DNA of 64,000 nt, from positions 930,001-994,000 of the forward strand of contig BROI01000009.1 of assembly GCA_027923505.1 (NCBI GenBank), in the 5' to 3' direction. How positions within the stretch are numbered: position 1 is the first letter of the stretch; each line of letters starts with the position of its first letter. Source of the DNA: Mayamaea pseudoterrestris (lineage: Eukaryota). Below are positions 13,404-24,667 of this stretch, one piece after another. Made by a program: the position numbers and the translations under genes. The notes below the pieces were generated by a model. It ran no database searches. It saw only the letters and a program-made list of their open reading frames with translations, and had not been told where the DNA came from.

Positions 13404-13914
13404 GTGATGAAGCTCTTTAGTCTCCTAATGGTCGTTGCTGTCGCATCCGTCTCGGGTTTCTCCGTCATTCCTCCATCATCCCGAGCAGTCGCTTCCTCGT
13501 CGTTTGCTCGCTCCATGTTCGCCACTGACAATAACGAAAACAAGGGGCTCGAAACGGTTGAATCTAGCTCTGATGCCGACGCCTTGAGTAGTCTTTCCAC
13601 GACGCAGACGCCTCGCAATGTCGTCAAAGACATGAACACTGGCGAAATCAAGGAGGTCAAGTGGGTCGATCCAGCCATGGAAGCGAATACTCGGTGAGTA
13701 TATATGAATGAATGAATGAGTGAGTGAATGATTTGGGTGAATGAGTGAATTAAACGACATTTGGCTGGCTCAATGATACACTTTCTCACATTGTTCATTC
13801 GTTTTATCATCCGGCAGACCGTGGGAAATGAACTGGTGGGCCTACCCATTGACTCTCTTTCCGTTCGTCTTGCTCCTCGACGATGCTTTCCACTTTTTGC
13901 CGCACAACAAGTAA
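13404..13914 (+). CDS. Small plastid-targeted protein with one C-terminal hydrophobic segment, unknown function, 2 exons
   Basis: Signal peptide ending VSG-F (ASAFAP-like), followed by an S/R-rich transit peptide. Intron 13694-13817 gives ..ANTR|PWEMNWWAYPLTLFPFVLLLDDAFHFLPHNK*. Confidence 0.8.
13705..13750. repeat. Intronic (TGAA/TGAG)n microsatellite
   Basis: tgaatgaatgaatgagtgagtgaatg... inside intron 13694-13817. Confidence 0.7.
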
Positions 13915-14328
13915 ACATGAACGACGAATATATGATTGCAGTTAGCGGCTTGCGTTCATTCTATATATTAATGCAAGCGAGTCCGAAAGGCAGCTGTAGG
14001 AACATAACGACCGGCGACAGGCAGAGCAAGAATTTATCAAGCGTCTCGGTCGAAGAATATGACTCGAAAGGGTAATAACTCTTATAAACATAAACACACC
14101 AATACATTATTAGACAGCTACTCATCCATCGCAGACTCTGTACCGGTACATGCTATTGTAAACTCACAACGAACAACCGCTAGCTGCAGTCTCGAACGAA
14201 GCAACGGCACGGAGCAAAATCTTCAGTATGCAAGAGTAACGCCAGGTGAGAACCAGTTCCAATCAGCGTATTTATACCAACCACTTATACAGTAGAGTAA
14301 CAAGTAGAATGAAATAAATGAGTTACAT

Positions 14329-14505
14329 TTACGGTGGCGGCTGCGGTTCTTGCTGCGGAGACTGTCGCGGCGGCAGCAATGGATGCGACGGTCCTTGTGG
14401 CTGCTGCGGCGAATGAACTTGGTTTTGCAACGGCGCCGCTTGGACGAGAGGGCGTTGCGTTTGCGGAGAAGGCAGTCCGGATTGGCCTTGCTGTTGACCT
14501 TGCTG

Positions 14506-14536
<31 letters not shown>

Positions 14537-17500
14537 TGCGTTGCTGGTGGTGAATGTATTGGTCCTTGCGGAGGTAACTGCTGCTGCTGCTGCTGCCCGC
14601 GATCCATGCCCATGGCATGCTGCGGCATGGGTTGCATTGGTCGCTGCTGCATGGCGTGTCCCAATGGCGGCATCGGCGGTTGCCGCGGATACTGTTGTCC
14701 TCGAATATTCAAATTTTGATGGTTGAGAGGCGCATAAAACTGCTGCATCTGCATGGCTTGTGGTGGCGAATACATCTGCTGGGTGCGACGTGGCGACGAA
14801 CCAGCTATCTGTCGCTGTTGCTGTTGCTGCATCATTTGCTGCAAGGCGAGTTGCCTCTGCTGTTGTGTCATAAAGTTAGGACTGGCCTGGGGGCCTGATT
14901 GTGGTTGTTGTTGTTGTTGCTGCTGTAGCTGCGGTGGCTGTGAAAAAAATGGTTGCTGGTGCATGTTTTGCGTTTGCGACATATTCTGCTTTTGTTGAAC
15001 CGGGAGCTGTCCAACAAATTGGCCATACGGGGACGCTAAAGGTATTTTTCCAGGGGTGGTTGGTGATTGAGCTGGTAATAATCCTTGACTGCTGACAGCA
15101 GATGCAAAGTTAGCATTGAGAACATTCTTAATGTTGCGTGGCGATTCAGATGGAGGTGCGACAGACCGCTGACTGACACCAAGATCTGACGGTCTCAGGT
15201 TTGGAGGAGTGGTTACTTTGGAAGAAGAGTTCCTGCGTCTTGGGATCTTGGAATCAGAGTCTGCCTTCTGCGATGCGGCGACAGTGTGGGCAGCATTCAT
15301 GCTTTGCACTGATGACGTTGACTGCTGTCGAATAGCCGGGGCAGGTTTTACGCTGGCAGGTGGAGGCTCTATGGATGAGCCGGACTTTCGCCTTGCTTGC
15401 GGCTGTCTGGGTTGTGCTTGAGTTGCAGGTGGCTGCTTAGCAGTCGACGGTAGCTTCGTCACAAACGTATAACCGTCGATGAGAGCGTTATCTGGTAAGT
15501 GAAGTGGGTCTTTCGACTGAGATTCTGTATAAACGAAGACACGGACATGTTAGCAAAGTACATGCAGATGAAAGAAAAGATTGGCTCGCATCAACCCACT
15601 TACTGTTCGTCGGGGAACTGGGTACAATCCCTGCTTCTGCTGGACTCGAAGCGACGGCAACGGCTGATAAAGGAGCGGCCAAACATTTGAAGTGTGACGA
15701 ACGGAGAAGAGAAGCGGCTTGACATCCAGGTGCAGAAGCGATCTCTGACAAATTGTCCTCAAGGACCGAGTAGGACGGTCGGCAAGGAAGAATCCGATCA
15801 TGCGAGATGGCAGGCTCCACAGACAAATCCAACAGACAACCTGGCTCTGCCCAGGGTAGATCACCCCGTGCACTAGGGACAGTCGACACGCTGTTTTCGG
15901 CAACAGGATGCGTTGCAAGAAGAAACAATTGCTCCACTTTCACCAACTGGTCTTCGACATTCAAAGGTTTATGGGTTCCACAATTTAGATTTTCTAATGC
16001 ACTGGACCGCAACTCTTTCAAAAACGAGGCGTGAGTAGGTCTTAAAACAATCTGTTGTTTCCGCCGGTGCATCTTATGCCAAAGACTCTTTTTTAGAGCC
16101 GAAGTGAGTCCGGGAAACGACTGCAGCCATGTCATGCTGACATTGCTATTCTTCTTTTCATTTAAAAGCTCGCGTCGGTGGGCTGCAACTTTTTTCAATG
16201 AACCAACAATATCTCTGATACGTGATCCCGAACGCTCAGCCGCAAACGCTTCCATTTGCTTCTGCGTCGCTCGCCCTGAGAGAATGACTTGCCGCTGCTT
16301 GACTGCATTAGTTATCAAAACCACGTTTCGCTGCGCAACTTTTAAAGTCTGTGCGAGTTGCTCTCCTTTCGACTTTGTTTCATTCGCCTTTTGCTTGGCG
16401 AGCATCTCCCTCTCCTCCGCGCGAGCCAGCTTTGACTTAATGTCAGCAACGTGTACCTCCAGCTTTTGTCGGTCGCTAGGATTCGGAGCGATAATCGATC
16501 CATCTAATATGCACGGCGGTGAGAGAAACATAGAGAACAAATTCGAGATTAGAAACATTTATGACGTACCAGGTCCAAAGTACTGCCGAAATTTGTGTAA
16601 AAACTCGTCCTGCGCCCGCTTGTACTTGTCAATATCCTTCCTTGCGGCATCTGCAGCAGTAATATATTCCTTTTCCTCCTGCGTCACAGCAGCAGATTGT
16701 TTCTCGGTTTCTGCCGCCATAGTTATCAGCATGTCGGCTCGCTTTTTGAGCTCCGCCAGATGTTCATGCTCATGTTCACTCATGGAGGTTGCTCTCAATG
16801 TTGCGGCAGACTCCTCGCTCGTTCGTAGATCCACCAAGACGCATCGCACTTGTCCACTCTGCAGTTCAGCCGCTTCCCCAAAGTTAAATTGCTCGAAAGC
16901 AGCGGGGATTTCGCCGCAAGTAACGCTGCAGAGAATATCATGTGCGCGAATCCCCCAAGGAATGAACTGCTCATTGCCCGAGCTGTTCTTCTTGTCGTCA
17001 CTCGTCGACTTGGGATTGATTTCGCCGTGACTGTCTTTGTGCACAATGAGGGAGATCCAGAGTCCTTCGTTATGGATCTCTAGCGACAATTGCCTCGACG
17101 AATGACTCATGACCGTCTTGCGGTGCTTGTGCCTGGCAGCCGCGCCCGACGACTTTTCTCGTGCCCATTTTGGTTTCGAGGTGATTGGCGCAGGCTGTCT
17201 GAGTTCAATCTTGTCCGGCTTGGCAACGGAGCGCGCATCATGGTGAGGATGTTCGGACGACAGCGTCTCCGCTAAGCTGGAAATATTATGATTAATAGTC
17301 GTCTCTGCTCTATCAGCACTGCCAGAACCAATCCCTTCATCCAAGGCTCGAATTTCGGCCACGATTGCTTGCTCTTGCTCCAACAAGTTTTGCAAGTGCC
17401 GCTTGATATAACGTTGTCGTATTTGCTGAAAAGACACAGTCAATTTCTCCGTCATTTTTCGCCGATTCACTTGAATTTGTCCAAGCCGATGATCCAAGTG

Positions 17501-18463
17501 CGCCTTTATTTTTTCCTGCTCGCGCTTGTACTCCGTCGCCATGCGATTTTTCAATTCGTCCGACTTTTGCGCAAATTCTGCTACCTGGCGCTGATGCTTA
17601 ATTTGAATCTGCTGAGCAATGTTGTGCCACTCTTGTTGCCCGGCGGCTGCGAACTGTTGTTGTTCATTTGGATTGATACTACTGCTTCGTTGCTGTTGAT
17701 GCTGCTGATGCGCCTGCATGGCGTTTTGTAGCTCGGCGGCGTGACGGTTCCGTAACAGCTTCATGCTTTGATTGATCTTTTGCAGATTGTGTGATGACTT
17801 TTCCGTGAATACTTCATAGAGTTTCTGCGAGTCCTTCTTTTCGTCCTGCGACGCTCGGAGCTTGTACTTTTCCAGCGAGAGTTCTGCGTTGGCGAGCTTG
17901 GCTTGCAGCTGATCGTTAATAAACTTGTCAATCTCTTGACGAGCGACTGTATCCTGCGTCTTGAGTGAAGCAAGCTTTTCCTGTAGAGCTTGTCGACGCG
18001 CCAGTTGTTCCAATCGTTGAAAGGCAGGGTCTTGGTCCTCGTGCGTTTCGGCAAAGAATGCAAGCGTATCTTCAAGTTCATCCGACGGAATCAGCGCCGT
18101 TTCATCTATATAAGTCGACTGCGTAGCTTGTTTGTTGACATTATCAACAAATGCACGCGCTGATGATTGAGATTTATCCGAATTTGAGATCGGTAATGAA
18201 GCTGATTGGATCGTCAATTCATCGGCACCAGTGAATGCATCCGTATCTAGTCCATGGCTCGCAGACGAGCCACTTGCTATGGCTGCTTTCGAAATGATAT
18301 TAATTTTGATCTTCTTCCCGGCTCCTATCGCAGGCACGTTTCTTGCCTTTCGCTTCATGGGATGGATGGGAAACGGAGAATCGTCGTCCTCATCGTCATC
18401 GTATTCATCGTCACTTTGATTCTCAGGATGCGCCGAGTCGGCTTTAATCGAAACAAGAGACAT
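14329..18463 (-). CDS. Large coiled-coil, Gln-rich protein of unknown function, 3 exons
   Basis: ORFs 18463-16559, 16558-15488 and 15462-14329 join in frame via GT-AG introns 16569-16504 and 15603-15525. K/E/Q-rich helical segments, C-terminal Q/P low-complexity region. Confidence 0.8.
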
Positions 18464-18614
18464 ATCAGATGATGAGATAAAGTATAAAATGTCTGTATAA
18501 ATAGTATGGATGAACGTCGGCGCTCAAACCCCTTGTCCCATGGTGCTGGTGGACGATGATCGCGCAGATCCTCCGAGTACCAATAAGACCTGCATAACCG
18601 CTACGATGCAGTTG

Positions 18615-21600
18615 CTGGCTGAGACTGGTGACAACTTGTCACCAGTCACATTGCAGTCTACTGAGACACCAGCCAGGCATGTCATCTTGTAGCGCAGCCT
18701 GAATAATGATGTTGGCACCATTATGGTGTATTTTGGGCACCTACAGGGCTTGCTGTAGGGGCGTTAAAATGTCATGGCATCTGCGGGCTGAGACTGGTGA
18801 CAAGTTGTCACCAAATACATTGCCATCCCCTGAGACACCAGCCAAGCCTACCATCTTGTAGCGAACCGGAATAATGATGTTGATACCATTCTGGTGTGAT
18901 TTGGGCACCTACAAGGCTTGCTGTAGGGGCGTTTGAATGTCATGGCATCTGCGGGCTGAGACTGGTGACAAGTTGTCACCAAATACATTGCCATCCCCTG
19001 AGACACCAGCCAAGCCTACCATCTTGTAGCGCAGCCTGAATAATGACGTTGGCACCATTCTGGTGTATTTTGGGCACCTACACGGCTTGCTGTAGGGGCC
19101 TTTGAATGTCATGGCATCTGCGGGCTGAGACTGGTGACAAGTTGTCACCAAATACATTGCCATCCCCTGAGACACCAGCCAAGCCTACCATCTTGTAGCG
19201 CAGCCTGAATAATGACGTTGGCACCACTCTGGTGTATTTTGGGCACCTACAGGGCTTGCTGTAGGGGCGTTTGAATGTCACGGCATCTGCGGGCTGAGAC
19301 TGGTGACAAGTTGTCACCAAATATATTGCCATCCCCTGAGACACCAGCCAAGCCTACCACCTTGTAGCGCAGTCTAAAAAATGACGTTGGCACCACTCTG
19401 GTGTATTTTGGGCACCTACACGGCTTGCTGTAGGGGCCTTTGAATGTCACGGCATCTGCGGGCTGAGACTGGTGACAAGTTGTCACCAAATATATTGCCA
19501 TCCCCTGAGACACCAGCCAAGCCTACCACCTTGTAGCGCAGTCTAAAAAATGACGTTGGCACCACTCTGGTGTATTTTGGGCACCTACACGGCTTGCTGT
19601 AGGGGCCTTTGAATGTCACGGCATCTGCGGGCTGAGACTGGTGACAAGTTGTCACCAAATACATTGCCATCCCCAGAGACACCAGCCAAGCCTACCATCT
19701 TGTAGCGCAGCCTGAATAATGATGTTGGCACCATTCTGGTGTATTTTGGGCACCTAGAGGGCTTGCTGTAGGGGCGTTTGAATGTCATGGCATCTGCGGG
19801 CTGAGACTGGTGACAAGTTGTCACCAAATACATTGCCATCCCCTGAGACACCAGCCAAGCCTACCATCTTGTAGCGCAGCCTGAATAATGATGTTGGCAC
19901 CATTCTGGTGTATTTTGGGCACCTACAGGGCTTGCTGTAGGGGCGTTTGAATGTCATGGCATCTGCGGGCTGAGACTGGTGACAAGTTGTCACCAAATAC
20001 ATTGCCATCCCCTGAGACACCAGCCAAGCCTACCATCTTGTAGCGCAGTCTGAATAATGATGTTGGCACCATTCTGGTGTATTTTGGGCACCTACAGGGC
20101 TTGCTGTAGGGGCGTTTGAATGTCACGGCATCTGCGGGCTGAGACTGGTGACAAGTTGTCACCAAATACATTGCCATCCCCAGAGACACCAGCCAAGCCT
20201 ACCATCTTGTAGCACAGCCTGAATAATGATGTTGGCACCACTCTGGTGTATTTTGGGCACCTACAGGGCTTGCTGTAGGGGCATTTGAATGTCACGGCAT
20301 CTGCGGGCTGAGACTGGTGACAAGTTGTCACCAAATACATTGCCATCCCCTGAGACACCAGCCAAGCCTATTATCTTGTAGCGCAGCCTGAATAATGATG
20401 TTGGCACCATTCTGGTGTATTTTTGGCACCTACAGGGCTTGCTGTAGGGGCGTTTGAATGTCACAGCATCTGCGGGCTGACACTGGTGACAATTTGTCAC
20501 CAAATACATTGCCATCCCCTGAGACACCAGCCAAGCCTACCATCTTGTAGATCAGCCTAAATAATGATGTTGGGACCATTCTGGTGTATTTTGGGCACCT
20601 ACAGGGCTTGCTGTAGGGGCGTTTGAATGTCACAGCATCTGCGGGCTGAGACTGGTGACAAGTTGTCACCAAATACATTGCCATCCCCTGAGACACCAGC
20701 CAAGCCTACTATCTTGTAGCGCAGCCTGAATAATGATGTTGGCACCATTCTGGTGTATTTTGGGCACCTACAGGGCTTGCTGTAGGGGCGTTTGAATGTC
20801 ACGGCATCTGCGGGCTGAGACTGGTGACAAGTTGTCACCAAATACATTGCCATCCCCTGAGACACCAGCCAAGCCTACCATCTTGTAGCGCAGCCTGAAT
20901 AATGATGTTGGGACCATTCTGGTGTATTTTGGGCACCTACAGGGCTTGCTGTAGGGGCGTTTGCATGTCACGGCATCTGCGGGCTGAGACTGGTGACAAG
21001 TTGTCACCAAATACATTGCCATCCCCTGAGACACCAGCCAAGCCTACCATCTTGTAGCGCAGCCTGAATAATGATGTTGGCACCATTCAGGTGGATTTTT
21101 GGCACCTACAGGGCTTGCTGTAGGGGCGTTTGAATGTCATGGCATCTGCGGGTTGAGACTGGTGACAAGTTGTCACCAAATACATTGCCATCCCCTGAGA
21201 CACCAGCCAAGCCTACCATCTTGTAGAGCAGCCTGAATAATGACGTTGGGACCATTCTGGTGTATTTTGGGCACCTACAGGGCTTGCTGTAGGGGCGTTT
21301 GAATGTCACGGCATCTGCGGGCTGAGACTGGTGACAAGTTGTCACCAAATACATTGCCATCCCCTGAGACACCAGCCAAGCCTACCATCTTGTTGCGCAG
21401 TCTAAATAATGACGTTGGCACCACTCTGGTGTATTTTGGGCAACTACAGGGCTTGCTGTAGGGGCGTTTGAATGTCACGGCATCTGCGGGCTAAAACTGG
21501 CGACAAGTTGTCACCAAATACATTGCCATCCCCAGAGACACCAGCCAAGCCTACCATCTTGTAGCGCAGCCTGAATAATGATGTTGGCACCATTCTGGTG

Positions 21601-24468
21601 TATTTTGGGCACCTACAGGGCTTGCTGTAGGGGCGTTTGAAAGTCACAGCATCTGCGGGCTGAGACTGGTGACAAGTTGTCACCAAATACATTGCCATCC
21701 CCTGAGACACCAGCCAAGCCTACCATCTTGTTGCGCAGTCTAAATAATGACGTTGGCACCACTCTGGTGTATTTTGGGCAACTACAGGGCTTGCTGTAGG
21801 GGCGTTTGAATGTCACAGCATCTGCGGGCTAAAACTGGCGACAAGTTGTCACCAAATACATTGCCATCCCCAGAGACACCAGCCAAGCCTACCATCTTGT
21901 AGCGCAGCCTGAATAATGATGTTGGCACCATTCTGGTGTATTTTGGGCACCTACAGGGCTTGCTGTAGGGGCGTTTGAAAGTCACAGCATCTGCGGGCTG
22001 AGACTGGTGACAAGTTGTCACCAAATACATTGCCATCCCCTGAGACACCAGCCAAGCCTACCATCTTGTAGCGCAGTCTGAATAATGATGTTGGCACCAT
22101 TCTGGTGTATTTTGGGCACCTACAGGGCTTGCTGTAGGGGCGTTTGAATGTCACGGCATCTGCGGGCTGAGACTGGTGACAAGTTGTCACCAAATACATT
22201 GCCATCCCCTGAGACACCAGCCAAGCCTATTATCTTGTAGCGCAGCCTATATAATGATGTTGGGACCATTCTGGTGTATTTTGGGCACCTACAGGGCTTG
22301 CTGTAGGGGCGTTTGCATGTCACGGCATCTGCGGGCTGAGACTGGTGACAAGTTGTCACCAAATACATTGCCATCCCCAGAGACACCAGCCAAGCCTACC
22401 ATCTTGTAGCACAGCCTGAATAATGATGTTGGCACCACTCTGGTGTATTTTGGGCACCTACAGGGCTTGCTGTAGGGGCATTTGAATGTCACGGCATCTG
22501 CGGGACCGAGACTGGTGACAAGTTGTCACCAAATACATTGCCATCCCCTGAGACACCAGCCAGGCATGCCATCTTGTAGCGCAGCCTGAATAATGATGTT
22601 GGCACCATTCTGGTGTATTTTGGGCACCTACAGGGCTTGCTGTAGGGGCGTTTGAATTTCACAGCATCTGCGGGCTGACACTGGTGACAAGTTGTCACCA
22701 AATACATTGCCATCCCCTGAGACACCAGCCAAGCATGCCATCTTGTAGCGCAGCCTGCTTAATGATGTTGGCACCATTCTGGTGTATTTTGGGCACCTAC
22801 ACGGCTTGCTGTAGGGGCCTTTGAATGTCACGGCATCTGCGGGCTGAGACTGGTGACAAGTTGTCACCAAATACATTGCCATCCCCTGAGACACCAGGCA
22901 AGCCTACCATCTTGTAGCGCAGCCTGAATAATGATGTTGGGACCATTCTGGTGTATTTTGGGCACCTACAGGGCTTGCTGTAGGGGCGTTTGCATGTCAC
23001 GGCATCTGCGGGCTGAGACTGGTGACAAGTTGTCACCAAATACATTACAGTCAGCTGAGACACCAGCCAAGCCTATTATCTTGTAGCGCAGCCTATATAA
23101 TGATGTTGGGACCATTCTGGTGTATTTTGGGCACCTACAGGGCTTGCTGTAGGGGCGTTTGCATGTCACGGCATCTGCGGGCTGAGACTGGTGACAAGTT
23201 GTCACCAAATACATTGCCATCCCCAGAGACACCAGCCAAGCCTACCATCTTGTAGCACAGCCTGAATAATGATGTTGGCACCACTCTGGTGTATTTTGGG
23301 CACCTACAGGGCTTGCTGTAGGGGCATTTGAATGTCACGGCATCTGCGGGACCGAGACTGGTGACAAGTTGTCACCAAATACATTGCCATCCCCTGAGAC
23401 ACCAGCCAAGCCTAATATCTTGTAGCGCAGCCTGAATAATGATGTTGGCACCATTCTGGTGTATTTTGGGCACCTACAGGGCTTGCTGTAGGGGCGTTTG
23501 AATTTCACAGCATCTGCGGGCTGACACTGGTGACAAGTTGTCACCAAATACATTGCCATCCCCTGAGACACCAGCCAAGCATGCCATCTTGTAGCGCAGC
23601 CTGCTTAATGATGTTGGCACCATTCTGGTGTATTTTGGGCACCTACACGGCTTGCTGTAGGGGCCTTTGAATGTCACGGCATCTGCGGGCTGAGACTGGT
23701 GACAAGTTGTCACCAAATACATTGCCATCCCCTGAGACACCAGGCAAGCCTACCATCTTGTAGCGCAGCCTGAATAATGATGTTGGGACCATTCTGGTGT
23801 ATTTTGGGCACCTACAGGGCTTGCTGTAGGGGCGTTTGAATGTCACGGCATCTGCGGGCTGAGACTGGTGACAAGTTGTCACCAAATACATTGCCATCCC
23901 CTGAGACACCAGCCAAGCCTATTATCTTGTAGCGCAGCCTATATAATGATGTTGGGACCATTCTGGTGTATTTTGGGCACCTACAGGGCTTGCTGTAGGG
24001 GCGTTTGCATGTCACGGCATCTGCGGGCTGAGACTGGTGACAAGTTGTCACCAAATACATTACAGTCAGCTGAGACACCAGCCTGGCATGCCGTCTTGTA
24101 GCGCAGACGGAATAATGATGTTGGCACCTTTCTGGTCTGATTTGGGCATATACAGGGCATGTTATAGGGGCAATTGAATGACACGGCATCTGCTGGCTGA
24201 GACTGGTGACAACTTGTCACCAATCACATTGCAGTCTACTGAGACACCAGCCAGGCATGCCATCTTGTAGCGCAGTCTGAATAATGATGTTGGCACCATT
24301 CTGGTGTAATTTGAATGTATGCAGGGCATGTTATAGGGGCAATTGAATGTCATGGCATCTGCGGGCTGAGACTGGTGACAAGTTGTCACCAAATACATTG
24401 CCATCCCCTGAGACACCAGCCAAGCCTACCATCTTGTAGCGCAGCTTGAATAATGTTGTTGGCACCAT
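18615..24468. repeat. 169-bp tandem satellite, array B (about 34.5 units) with 2-mer and 5-mer higher-order duplications
   Basis: Same monomer as array A with array-specific variants. The 169-nt period is visible directly and in the spurious ORF starts. Confidence 0.98.
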
Positions 24469-24667
24469 CATGTTGTCTACTGGTTGTGGACATGGCTCTG
24501 AGAATGGGCTGTGGAAAGGCATGGGCTGGGGATCCAAATGATTACCGATGCGACGTATCTGCTCATTCGAGACCAATCGCAAAACCACCATGAAGATTGG
24601 CATTCTCACAGCCATTTCATTACCTTGCGCAACACTTAAGAGAGACGAATGAGAATAGTTTTAAGCA

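Noticed and set aside
16104..17030. Long antisense ORFs (also 33309-34055, 31839-32696, 14334-14726)
   Set aside because: Shadows of genuine coding sequence on the opposite strand.
269..24615. Many 60-125-aa ORFs inside the 169-bp and 356-bp arrays
   Set aside because: Unit lengths are not multiples of 3, the ORFs drift through frames and have no recognisable domain. They are by-products of the repeats.
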